A stretch of 63,259 bases of DNA, counting the filler, from Clostridiaceae bacterium (GTDB lineage Bacteria; Bacillota; Clostridia; CAYPLH01; DUMO01): NCBI GenBank assembly GCA_012839865.1. It is 5 parts of 5 records of this genome, joined end to end, with 100 filler letters (N's around TTAATTAATTAA, not from the genome) between each part and the next. Parts side by side here need not be neighbours in the genome. Positions count along the whole stretch, not along the records: positions 24,417 to 48,603 come from DUMO01000033.1; positions 48,704 to 53,000 come from DUMO01000035.1; 3 more parts are not named here. One strand, written 5' to 3'. Below the pieces are notes generated by a model. The model made no database searches. It was not told where the DNA came from and saw nothing but the letters and a program-made list of their open reading frames with translations. Below are positions 39,396 to 48,829 of the stretch, piece after piece. Within the stretch, counting starts at the first letter, position 1, and each line of letters opens with the position of its first letter. A program made the position numbers and the translations under genes.

Positions 39396-39889
39396 TAAAA
39401 TCCCCCTTCGGTTGTGTCTGTCCTGTTTTCTGCCACATCATTTTTCCACATAATTATAGCATCTTCGTTATTGTCCGAGTAGTACCCCTTCCTTATCCCA
39501 CAATCTGAAAACCCATATTTCTTGTATAAACTGCGGGCTTTCAAGTTACCTGCGCGAACCTCCAGGGTCAATCTTGTCAAACCTTCTTTACGCGCAAGTT
39601 CAATCAGATTGTACATAAGGCAGTTGCCTACTCCTTCTCCCTGAAATTCAGGATGAACTGCAATGTTTGTTATGTGCCCTTCATCAAGAATCTTCCAAAA
39701 ACCTGCATAGCCTATAACCTTTCTATTGGTCAGGGCTACAATATATCTGGCAAATTTGTTGTTCACCAACTCCTCCGTAAATGCTTTTTTGGACCAGGGA
39801 GTTTTGAAGCACAGTTTCTCTATAATAATTACGTCGTCTATATGATCGATTGTCATTTCGGCAATCTCAAGATTGTCAAACTCTTTCAT
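39395..39889 (-). CDS. rimI: Ribosomal protein S18 alanine N-acetyltransferase
   Basis: HITNIAVHP..QGEGVG, TLEVRAGN, RKGYYSDNNEDA. Confidence 0.93.
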   Translation of the reverse strand: MKEFDNLEIAEMTIDHIDDVIIIEKLCFKTPWSKKAFTEELVNNKFARYIVALTNRKVIGYAGFWKILDEGHITNIAVHPEFQGEGVGNCLMYNLIELARKEGLTRLTLEVRAGNLKARSLYKKYGFSDCGIRKGYYSDNNEDAIIMWKNDVAENRTDTTEGGF

Positions 39890-40581
39890 TTCTCCTCACT
39901 TTTCCTTTCAGCCTGAGGTTTTCTCAAGTAAAAGGGAACAAGATTGAACGCATCAACCCATTCACCTTTTCGGTACATTATCAGGCCTAATTCCGCCACG
40001 GAAGACGCCCTTTGAAGCAATAAATTATCCGGCGCAAAAAAAGCTTTGTCTTTAAGTTTATCCATCAGAAAATCTTTATGCACCAGGCACCCGTCTCCAA
40101 GGAATATACATTCCTGGCCGCTTTCAAGAATTTTATCAACAAGTTCTGTTAAAAGCGTTGCCATGTAATCGCTTTTTCTTTTTAATTCACCTTTGTCCCA
40201 TGAATATATGGCGGTATAAACCTGCATGTTCCTGGCATCCATCATGGGGCACACAAGCTTGCCGTCCGGAGGAAGATTGTAAGCCAGGGCATCCAGAGTC
40301 GGAACCGCCGCAACAGGTTTCTTAAGGGAATACGCCATAGCCTTGATTGTTGTAATACCGATTCTAAGTCCGGTAAATGAACCAGGACCCGACGATACGG
40401 CAAACAAATCAATTTCGGGGGGCGTAAGACCGATACCAGACATTAAATCCATTATCATAGGCATAAGTTTTTCCGAATGAGTGTGCCCGCTGTTCAGTAT
40501 ATATTCTCCTAATAGTTTCCCATCCTCCCTGACTGCTGCCGCAGCTACCATTGATGATGTATCCACCGCAAGAACTTTCAT
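39886..40581 (-). CDS. tsaB: tRNA t6A biosynthesis protein TsaB
   Basis: LAVDTS, HSEKL, GPGSFTGLRIG, DARN, PFYLR. Confidence 0.96.
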   Translation of the reverse strand: MKVLAVDTSSMVAAAAVREDGKLLGEYILNSGHTHSEKLMPMIMDLMSGIGLTPPEIDLFAVSSGPGSFTGLRIGITTIKAMAYSLKKPVAAVPTLDALAYNLPPDGKLVCPMMDARNMQVYTAIYSWDKGELKRKSDYMATLLTELVDKILESGQECIFLGDGCLVHKDFLMDKLKDKAFFAPDNLLLQRASSVAELGLIMYRKGEWVDAFNLVPFYLRKPQAERKSEEK

Positions 40582-40799
40582 ATGTCTCTTCCTTCCCTGG
40601 TCTTAAGCTTTTGTTTGCGCTTGTTTAAGTGCATATCATGGTATAATTGCAACAACATTGCACTTGATTTTTTTGTTTTATACCACAAGAGTTTGACCTT
40701 TTCCCAAAATACTTTAATTCCAACAAGACGGTACACCATACATAAAGGCCGTCCCCGTATCCTCCTTTAATCCAAAAAAGCCGCATGGCTACTTGCATC

Positions 40800-41270
40800 T
40801 TAAGTCAGGGGCATAAACCGGTTTTCAAACCTTTTCCCCTGGAAGGAAATAATAATATTCCTCCCATTCTCCCCCTGGGCATCCCTTGAAAAAGTAATCC
40901 ATATGCGCTCATCTGGTATAATGTCTGAAATAAGGTCAGCCCATTCAATTACTACAACCGCATCACTATAAACATATTCTTCAAATCCGATATTATACAG
41001 CTCATCAGGATCATTTACCCTGTATACATCAAAGTGATGCAGCTTGCTGCCACCTTTGTATTCATTAACAATAGTAAATGTAGGACTTGTAATTATTTCC
41101 TGAATGCCCAGGGCTTCGGCTATTCCTTTTGTAAAGGCTGTCTTTCCGGTTCCAAGTTCACCTACAAGGCAGATGACGTCTCCGGGCTTTAAAAGTCTGC
41201 CAAGCCATCTGCCTGCATTTTTTGTTTCTTCTTCAGAATTTGATATAATTTGTTTTAAAACTTTTTTCAT
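40800..41270 (-). CDS. tsaE: tRNA t6A biosynthesis ATPase TsaE
   Basis: GELGTGKT, SPTFTIVNEY, HFDVYR, IEWA; RBS GGAG before ATG 41270. Confidence 0.96.
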   Translation of the reverse strand: MKKVLKQIISNSEEETKNAGRWLGRLLKPGDVICLVGELGTGKTAFTKGIAEALGIQEIITSPTFTIVNEYKGGSKLHHFDVYRVNDPDELYNIGFEEYVYSDAVVVIEWADLISDIIPDERIWITFSRDAQGENGRNIIISFQGKRFENRFMPLT

Positions 41271-41353
41271 CCCAGTCTCCAAATGTTGTCCTGTGTACAC
41301 CGCATTTTTTATTGTATTTTAAGTTTTAAGCTGCTTTGCCTGGAAAAATCCTG

Positions 41354-42526
41354 TCACACATCAGCTTTATATATAATTTTCCCACTAATTATTGTATATA
41401 ACACTTTTGCTTTAAGATCAAAAGGATGAGTGTTAAAAATAACAACATCTGCATCTTTTCCGCATTCAATGCTTCCCACCCGGTTGTCGATTCCGGTTAT
41501 CTGCGCAGCATTTATGGTAATTGCCTTTAATGCCTCTTCCTCATCCATGCCCGCCTTTGCAGCCATGGCAGCACTCAGGCAGAGATATTGCACCGGAATA
41601 ACAGGATGATCGGTCATAATTGCAACCCTGACTCCGGCTTTTGAAAGAATGCCGGGGCCTTTCAAATCAGCATTTTTAAGCTCAATTTTGGACCTGTCGG
41701 AAAGAAGCGGACCAAGTATTGCAGGATAACCTTCCTCTGCCAGGATATCTTTTATGAGATAACCTTCAGTGCAGTGGTCCAGAGTTATTCTGATTCCGAA
41801 TTCCTTTGCAATACGGATTGCAGTTAAAATATCATCCGCCCTGTGTGCATGGGCTTTCATTATTACATCTCCGGAAACCACACCTAAAAGGGAATCCAGT
41901 TTAAAGTCAAATTCAGGTTTCTTATTTTTTTCACTGTCCCTATTGTAATTGTCAATGGCAGTTTTATAATTTTTTGCTTTTATCAGCGTTTCCCTGAGCA
42001 TTGCCGCCGTGGCCATACGAGTCATGGGCATTTTGCTCTTGCTGTTATATACACGCTTTGGATTTTCACCAAAGGCAGCCTTCATGGCAATAGGTTCCTT
42101 GACAACCATTTCGTCTACACTTCTGCCGTATGTTTTAACTGCGGCAAATTGTCCGCCCAAAACATTGGCGCTTCCGGGACCTGTGACTACTGTTGTCACA
42201 CCGCCCTCCCTTGCCTCCACAAAAGCCCTGTCGGCATGATATATTGCGTCAATTGCCCTGAGCTGGGGTGTAACCGGATCCGTCATTTCATTTCCGTCAA
42301 TCCCCTCAAACCCGACACCGTCCTCCCACATTCCGACATGGCAATGGGCATCTATAAATCCGGGCAGAACAAAGCTTCCCTTTGCATCAATTTCCTCACC
42401 GAAACCGCCCATGGGAATCTCATCCATGGAACCTATCTCAACTATTTTGCCGTTGCCTATTATCAAATAACCATTTTCAATAGTCCGTCCGGCCATTGTA
42501 AGTATCTTTGCGTTTTTTATTAACAT
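41354..42526 (-). CDS. Metal-dependent amidohydrolase
   Basis: PGFIDAHCH, HAH, TDHP, GKDAD; start at MLIKN (42526). Confidence 0.9.
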   Translation of the reverse strand: MLIKNAKILTMAGRTIENGYLIIGNGKIVEIGSMDEIPMGGFGEEIDAKGSFVLPGFIDAHCHVGMWEDGVGFEGIDGNEMTDPVTPQLRAIDAIYHADRAFVEAREGGVTTVVTGPGSANVLGGQFAAVKTYGRSVDEMVVKEPIAMKAAFGENPKRVYNSKSKMPMTRMATAAMLRETLIKAKNYKTAIDNYNRDSEKNKKPEFDFKLDSLLGVVSGDVIMKAHAHRADDILTAIRIAKEFGIRITLDHCTEGYLIKDILAEEGYPAILGPLLSDRSKIELKNADLKGPGILSKAGVRVAIMTDHPVIPVQYLCLSAAMAAKAGMDEEEALKAITINAAQITGIDNRVGSIECGKDADVVIFNTHPFDLKAKVLYTIISGKIIYKADV

Positions 42527-42824
42527 TTTGGACCCCCTGTCTTTAAATTTATCAGCTCCTGAAAACAAACAAAAGCTGCCATGTACGCTTGTCTCATATG
42601 TAATTGCAATAAGCTGTTGCAATCTTTCTGCGTCAGGCAATCATATTATACCATGTGAAAAATTAAATTACACCAGTTTCAGGAAAGAAACAGGCATTTC
42701 ATCCATGTGAAATGCTCTTTCAGCCATTGCTGCATTTGAAAAACATAGTTGTATGTATAATTTCTTGTTATAATGGCGAATTTATGATATACTTTTTACA
42801 AAATATTGCAAATGAGGTGCCCCA

Positions 42825-43598
42825 ATGACGGCCAAAGAACGGCATTCCCGTATACTTGAAATACTAAAGGAAAACAATGTGATACGTATTCGCGAAATTG
42901 CTGAAGCTTTTGACGTTTCACAGGAAACTGCCCGCAGGGACCTGGAAACACTGCAGGAGCAGAATCTTGTCAAAAGGATACACGGTGGTGCAATACTGGT
43001 CAGCAATGGCCGTGGGGAAAACTCTCTGTACAGTTCCAATGCCAGCCTCAGCCATGCGGAAAAGGTTGCTATCGGGAAAAAAGCCGCTACCTTGGTGAAA
43101 AACGGCGAAACCATATTATTGGACACCGGAAGCACCGTATTGGAAATGGCCCGGAATTTGAAAAAACACAAAAATCTGACGGTAATTACCTCCTCACTGG
43201 CCGTAGTGGATGAACTTATCAGAACCGACGTCAACATTATCATGCTGGGCGGTGACGTAAAAAATGATGAGCAGTGCGTATACAGCCAGGATACTGAAAT
43301 GATGTTTGACCGTTATTTTGTCGATAAGGCTTTCTTCTCCTGCGGCGGCATCACTTTCACAGACGGTATTACCGATTATGGCGAAACCCTCAATAGGCAT
43401 AAAATTGCCGCCCATTCAGCTGAAACCATTCTTATAGCGGACAGCGGCAAGTTTGGGCGCAATGCACGTTATAAGGCTTGTCCCCTTGAACTTATAGATA
43501 AAATTGTTGTAGATAACAGAATCAGTGAACAACAATTATCAGAATTAACAAAATATAATATTGAAGTTATTCTGGCCGATGTGGATGAAAACATTTAA
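42825..43598 (+). CDS. DeoR/GlpR-family transcriptional regulator
   Basis: VSQETARRDL HTH, RIHGGA, LDTGST, ADSGKF. Confidence 0.95.
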   Translation: MTAKERHSRILEILKENNVIRIREIAEAFDVSQETARRDLETLQEQNLVKRIHGGAILVSNGRGENSLYSSNASLSHAEKVAIGKKAATLVKNGETILLDTGSTVLEMARNLKKHKNLTVITSSLAVVDELIRTDVNIIMLGGDVKNDEQCVYSQDTEMMFDRYFVDKAFFSCGGITFTDGITDYGETLNRHKIAAHSAETILIADSGKFGRNARYKACPLELIDKIVVDNRISEQQLSELTKYNIEVILADVDENI

Positions 43599-43706
43599 CA
43601 TCTTTTTTTATACTGTCAGTATCCCTTAGGGATCTGGCATTTAGTTTGTTCCGGCAATCAATTTCAAACCTTAAAATTAAAAATCCTTTCTTACCAGGAG
43701 GATAAA

Positions 43707-44474
43707 ATGCTTCAGGAGCGAAGAAGAAAAATTATTGATCTAATAAAGGAAAAAAAAGTAATTAAGGTAAATGAACTGATGGAAATGTTCAACATATCCA
43801 TTGAAACCGTTCGCCGGGACCTTGAATCTCTTGAAAAGGAAGGTTATCTAAACCGTGTATACGGTGGCGCTGTACTTCGAACCTCCTACGGCACAGAGCC
43901 GGATTTTTACAAGCGTGAGGTGGAACACCTCAATGAAAAAAAAGCCATTGCCCAGGCAGCTCTGGAATTCATCCAGAACGGTGATACGCTGTTTCTTGAT
44001 GTAGGCACCACCATACTTGAATTGGCAAAATGCATAAAGGAAAACCGTTCTGTTACGGTCCTGACCAATTCTTTAAAAGTTTCAATGTTATTATCAGAAT
44101 CCCCCGGAATTACTGTAATCATGCTTGGAGGTGTAGTGCGTCCCAACGAGTTTTCAACCTCAGGATTTTTAGCAGAGGAAAACCTGCAGCGTTTCAACGC
44201 TGACAAGGCTTTTATAGGCGTCGGAGGAATTACACCCGACGGCTGGATAACAGATTTCAATATAAATGAAGCCAATTTGCGCAGGCAAATGATTGCCAAT
44301 GCACAGAATGTCATTGCTCTGGCTGACAGCAGCAAATTTGGTGTTAAAGCCATGAATAAAATTTGCAAATGCGAAGACATTAATATCCTTATTACCGACA
44401 CTTCCGCTTCCCAAAAAGATATTGAATTCTTTGAAAAAACCGGCCTTAAGGTTATTCAATGCAAATCTGAATAA
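43707..44474 (+). CDS. DeoR/GlpR-family transcriptional regulator (second copy)
   Basis: ISIETVRRDL, RVYGGA, LDVGTT, ADSSKF. Confidence 0.95.
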   Translation: MLQERRRKIIDLIKEKKVIKVNELMEMFNISIETVRRDLESLEKEGYLNRVYGGAVLRTSYGTEPDFYKREVEHLNEKKAIAQAALEFIQNGDTLFLDVGTTILELAKCIKENRSVTVLTNSLKVSMLLSESPGITVIMLGGVVRPNEFSTSGFLAEENLQRFNADKAFIGVGGITPDGWITDFNINEANLRRQMIANAQNVIALADSSKFGVKAMNKICKCEDINILITDTSASQKDIEFFEKTGLKVIQCKSE

Positions 44475-44707
44475 AGATCCAACTTTTCATTTTACCTCAA
44501 TATTTAACAGTCAGACAGGTAAGCACAACTATTAGTTTTTTTCACATCAATAGTTTGCTAATTGACAGGCTGGTACAACTACCTCACCGATATTCTTGCA
44601 TTTTTTCCCTGTGATGCTTCTTCCGGCATTTCTAATTTCATTTTTCACCCGCTTCACGAACTTCAACCGAAAATAATGACAAGGTTTTGTGGACTTTTGC
44701 AAATATC

Positions 44708-44736
44708 TTGACTGTTTTGTGTGGAAGTGCTATAGT
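44708..44736 (+). promoter_or_regulatory. Sigma-A promoter of the GlpA-like operon
   Basis: TTGACT-17 bp-TATAGT. Confidence 0.7.
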
Positions 44737-44909
44737 TGTTTTATGAGGTGAATATTCTCCAAAAAGCAAACTGAACCGGCTATCTATGCAATATATTACA
44801 AAAATAAAAAATCTGACGGTAAATATTGCAGTCAAAGTTCAACAATATTCTTTTTGGATATTTAGCATGAACCCAAGCATACATCAAACTACGAAAGGAG
44901 CCAGACATA

Positions 44910-46349
44910 ATGATAAAAACCGATGTTGTTATAATTGGAGCAGGAGCGGTAGGCTGTGCAATTGCCCGGGAGCTGTCCAAATATGAAATAGACGTAATTG
45001 TTGTTGACAAAAACGAAGACATAGGCGGAGATGCTTCAAAATCAAACAGTGCGATTATCCACACAGGTTACGATGCAGCCCCCGGTACACTGGAGTCTCA
45101 GCTTGTAGTTGCTGCCAATCCGATGTATGACCGGCTGGCAAAAGAACTTGATGTACCGTTTCGCCGTATAGGCGCCATACTCCCTGCCATCACCCTGGAA
45201 CAGTTCGAACAATTGCCCGCAATTATGGAAAAAGCTTTTAAAAATCATGTTTATGATGTTGAATACAAGTCAGCTGCCGAGCTTCTGGAAATGGAGCCCA
45301 ATCTTAATCCGGAGGTAAAAGGAGGGCTGTTCATACCAAGAGAAAGCATAATAGACCCCTTCATCCTGTGTCAGGCTCTGGCGGAAAACGCCTGTGAAAA
45401 CGGTGTACACTTTTTGCCTGGAGCAAAGGTAACAGGCATAAACGTAGAAAACGGCAGGATAAAATCCGTGTTAACTGCAAAGGGTGAAATTTCAACTACA
45501 TATGTTATAAACTCGGCAGGCCTTTACTGTGATGAGATCGCTGCAATGGTTGGAAAAGCTGATTACAAGGTTGTGCCAAGGAAAGGACAGTTCTTCATTC
45601 TGGACAAAAACACTTCCTGCAAGGTCAACCATATCGTACTGCCCATTCCCACCAAAGTTACAAAAGGCAAGCTGATGTGTCCCACTATCCACGGCAACAT
45701 GCTTATCGGGCCGACAGCAGAAGACATTCCGGACAAGGAAGACAAGTCTGTTACATATGAAGGACTTGCATCCATTGAACAGGATGTAAGAAAACTTGTT
45801 CCCAATGTATGCATTCGCGACACAATCACCCAGTATTGCGGCCTTCGTCCCAACCGCAACCCCGAGGGACTTCATTTTGACATGTATGACGATCTTTATG
45901 GCTATATCAACTTGTCAGGTGTGCGTTCAACAGGACTGACCCTCTCGGTTGCAATGGCTAAATATGTAGTGCGCCAGATGCTTTGGAGCGGTGCCAAATT
46001 AAACTTGAAAGAGAATTTCATTCCCAGAAGAAAAGGAATTGTGGTTTTCCACGAGCTTCCGATAAACGAGCAGGCTGCTCTGGTAAAGAAAAATCCCCTT
46101 TATGGAAACATTATATGCCGTTGTGAAACCATCACAGAAGCAGAAATTCTTGATGCCATACACAGACCCCTGGGAGCAAAAAGCATAGACGCGGTAAAGC
46201 GCCGCGTGCGTGCCGGAATGGGACGTTGCCAGGGGGGATTTTGCGGTCCGAAGGTGATAGAAATTCTATCAAGAGAGTTGAATATTCCTGTTGAAAGCGT
46301 CAACAAAAACAATCCGGGCTCATACATGGTGTCCGGCACAAACAAGTGA
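44910..46349 (+). CDS. FAD-dependent oxidoreductase, GlpA/LhgO-like, with C-terminal BFD-like [2Fe-2S] domain
   Basis: GAGAVG, SKSNSAIIHTG, CRCETIT...GMGRCQGGFC. Confidence 0.9.
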   Translation: MIKTDVVIIGAGAVGCAIARELSKYEIDVIVVDKNEDIGGDASKSNSAIIHTGYDAAPGTLESQLVVAANPMYDRLAKELDVPFRRIGAILPAITLEQFEQLPAIMEKAFKNHVYDVEYKSAAELLEMEPNLNPEVKGGLFIPRESIIDPFILCQALAENACENGVHFLPGAKVTGINVENGRIKSVLTAKGEISTTYVINSAGLYCDEIAAMVGKADYKVVPRKGQFFILDKNTSCKVNHIVLPIPTKVTKGKLMCPTIHGNMLIGPTAEDIPDKEDKSVTYEGLASIEQDVRKLVPNVCIRDTITQYCGLRPNRNPEGLHFDMYDDLYGYINLSGVRSTGLTLSVAMAKYVVRQMLWSGAKLNLKENFIPRRKGIVVFHELPINEQAALVKKNPLYGNIICRCETITEAEILDAIHRPLGAKSIDAVKRRVRAGMGRCQGGFCGPKVIEILSRELNIPVESVNKNNPGSYMVSGTNK

Positions 46350-46364
46350 AATGGAGGCTTAACA

Positions 46365-47642
46365 ATGGAAAACATATTTGAAATGTTTTGTGATGTAGCC
46401 ATAGTCGGTGGTGGACCGGCCGGATTATCTGCTGCTGTAGCGGCAAAAGAAGAAGGCTCGCAAAAAGTTCTCATTATTGAACGTGACAATGCATTGGGTG
46501 GAATACTCCAACAGTGCATACACCCCGGATTTGGACTTAAACTTTTTAACGAAGAACTTACAGGACCTGAATACTACGGCCGTTTTATCAAAAAAGCCAA
46601 AGAACTCGGCGTTGAGTATTTACTGAGTACCATGGTTTTGGAGGTAAACGCTGAAAATAAAATAATAACCTGTGTTAATTCCCAAACCGGTTTAACTCTT
46701 ATTAAAGCAGGCAGTATCGTACTTGCCATGGGATGCAGGGAGCGTACAAGGGCAAATATTATGGTACCCGGTACACGCCCAGCAGGGCTGTATACCGCCG
46801 GATCAGCCCAGCGGCTATTAAACCGCCAAAACATCATGGTCGGCAAAAAGATTGTCATCCTGGGTTCAGGTGATATCGGCATGATAATGGCCCGGCGCAT
46901 GACACTGGAAGGTGCCAGGGTTGTCATGGTGGTAGAATTGATGGATTACCTGGCAGGACTTACACGAAACAAGGTGCAGTGCCTCGATGACTTCGGTATT
47001 CCTCTCAGGCTGTCCCACACAATTACAAAGATTGTCGGCAACAAGCGGGTTGAAGGTGTTTATGTCGCTCCTGTCGGACCGGACAGGAAACCTGTTGTCG
47101 AAAAGGAAGAATTTGTAGAATGTGATACCGTGCTGTTCTCTGTCGGACTTATTCCTGAAAATGAACTGACAAAAAAAGCAGGAATAAAAATAGATCCGGT
47201 AACAAGCGGACCGGCAGTGGACCAATACATGCAGACATCCGCCGAAGGCATTTTCGCCTGTGGAAATGTCGTTCATGTTAACGACCTGGTGGACAATGTA
47301 TCCAGTGAAAGTGCCATAGCAGGAAAATATGCTGCAAAGTATGCAGCTGGAAATCTTAATGCTCACACACGTTTGGTAAGATGTGTGCCCGGAGTAAACA
47401 TTCGTTACATTTGTCCCCAATTTATAAAAGTTGGCGGTGACGAGGAAAAAGCAAGACTTTATTTCAGGGTGCAAAAACCTATGAAGCAAGTAACACTTGT
47501 TGCAAAATCAGGCAGTGAAATTATCTTAAAACAAAAAGAAATCAGAGTTAATCCAGGTGAAATGAACAGCATGGAGATTGAGACTTCAAAACTGGCAAGT
47601 GATGACTTGATCCTCGAAGTTGACTCTGACAGTCAGGCTTGA
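46365..47642 (+). CDS. NAD(P)/FAD pyridine nucleotide-disulfide oxidoreductase (partner subunit)
   Basis: GGGPAG, GCRER, GSGDIG, FACGNVVHV. Confidence 0.9.
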   Translation: MENIFEMFCDVAIVGGGPAGLSAAVAAKEEGSQKVLIIERDNALGGILQQCIHPGFGLKLFNEELTGPEYYGRFIKKAKELGVEYLLSTMVLEVNAENKIITCVNSQTGLTLIKAGSIVLAMGCRERTRANIMVPGTRPAGLYTAGSAQRLLNRQNIMVGKKIVILGSGDIGMIMARRMTLEGARVVMVVELMDYLAGLTRNKVQCLDDFGIPLRLSHTITKIVGNKRVEGVYVAPVGPDRKPVVEKEEFVECDTVLFSVGLIPENELTKKAGIKIDPVTSGPAVDQYMQTSAEGIFACGNVVHVNDLVDNVSSESAIAGKYAAKYAAGNLNAHTRLVRCVPGVNIRYICPQFIKVGGDEEKARLYFRVQKPMKQVTLVAKSGSEIILKQKEIRVNPGEMNSMEIETSKLASDDLILEVDSDSQA

Positions 47643-47811
47643 AAAATAAGGGAAGAGTCTGGCAAAATATCGAATTATTTTATCCGGCTCTGTCAACCAG
47701 CCTTCAAAAAATACACCTACTTTGCCAGGCTTTTGATAAGGCAACAAGCCTGTAATGAAAAATCATGAACAAAATATATGAAAGTAAGTGAAGTCAGCAA
47801 GGAGGCTTACT

Positions 47812-48168
47812 ATGAAAAAAGAAATAATTTGTATCATATGCCCGAGGGGCTGCCACATCACCGTCACCGGAGAAGGCCAAAATATTCAGTCCATAGAAGG
47901 AGCTATGTGTAAACGGGGTAAAGAGTATGCAACTTCCGAATTTACAAATCCAGTCAGAATACTTACCACAACGGTAAAAATCAACGACAGGAAGGATGAC
48001 CTCCTTCCAGTCCGCTCAAAAGACCCGATTTCAAAAGATAAATTGTTTGAATGCATGGAAATTATACGGAAGACTACAGTTAATTCTCCGGTGAAATGCC
48101 ATGATGTTGTCATAAACGATATCTGTGGAACAGGTGTCGATATCGTAGCAACAAAAGATATATATTGA
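47812..48168 (+). CDS. DUF1667-family CxxC protein (third subunit)
   Basis: CIICPRGC, CKRG, NPVRILTTTV; RBS AAGGAGG. Confidence 0.88.
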   Translation: MKKEIICIICPRGCHITVTGEGQNIQSIEGAMCKRGKEYATSEFTNPVRILTTTVKINDRKDDLLPVRSKDPISKDKLFECMEIIRKTTVNSPVKCHDVVINDICGTGVDIVATKDIY

Positions 48169-48230
48169 TTATATATGGCGTACAGTACAAAAAACAAAGA
48201 CTTATTCAGCGCCGAACAGTGAAAAAGGAT

Positions 48231-48263
48231 ATTACCATTTGATTACCATGTTGTTACCATGTT
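48231..48263. repeat. Three 11-bp direct repeats (core TTACCAT)
   Basis: ATTACCATTTG ATTACCATGTT GTTACCATGTT. Confidence 0.7.
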
Positions 48264-48480
48264 GGAATCCAAGACCTCTGATTTGTATTAAATTGTGAAA
48301 AAGAAATGAGTTGATTTCGTACGGTGTGGCAATAAACGCACAGACCGGGTGAAACAAAAGGCAGGCAAAGCTTGTTTAAACTTCACCTGGTCTGCCGGTT
48401 TTTCTCAAAACTATTTTAAACTACTATATCAGAATATCTTGATTCATTTGCTGCAGTCCAGGACAATGATTCAAACTTCT

Positions 48481-48603
48481 GTGAACTACATCGCCATTGA
48501 AATGGCGAGCTTCGAGTTCTCAACGAAACAATGACTGTTCCATCGGTACGCTTCCGGGGTGTCCAACCCCTCTACTGCTGGAATGGTTTTGTGGCCATTC
48601 CTA
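48481..48603 (-). ncRNA. Second IS200/IS605 right end and candidate omega-RNA 3' part
   Basis: Minus strand reads GAAGC-TCGCCAT-TTCA-ATGGCGA-TGTAGT-TCAC, same architecture as the 24853 end; upstream hairpin GGAATGG/CCATTCC. Confidence 0.7.
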
Positions 48604-48703
48604 NNNNNNNNNNNNNNNNNNNNNNNNNNNNNNNNNNNNNNNNNNNNTTAATTAATTAANNNNNNNNNNNNNNNNNNNNNNNNNNNNNNNNNNNNNNNNN
48701 NNN
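48604..48703. other. Artificial contig spacer
   Basis: N44-TTAATTAATTAA-N44. Confidence 0.98.
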
Positions 48704-48803
48704 AACTCGCTTACGCTCGCCCTTGACATCCTCCAACAGAGTGCACAGTTGTAAAGATTATACAAAAATAAGAAAGGAGAGCTAACTTAGAAAAGCTAAA
48801 AAA

Positions 48804-48829
48804 CTGTCTTGACAAGTGGGGGCATTATA
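48804..48829. mobile_element. Possible IS terminal repeat truncating the ABC gene
   Basis: CTGTCTTGACAAGTGGGGGCATTATA supplies the premature TAA right after SHRLAST; resembles IS3-family ends. Confidence 0.35.

Noticed and set aside
48320..48400. c-di-GMP-I riboswitch-like sequence (GCAAAG, GAAA, hairpin 48341-48394)
   Set aside because: Lacks the GGCAAAC/GNRA-receptor architecture and has no downstream gene; more likely a terminator.
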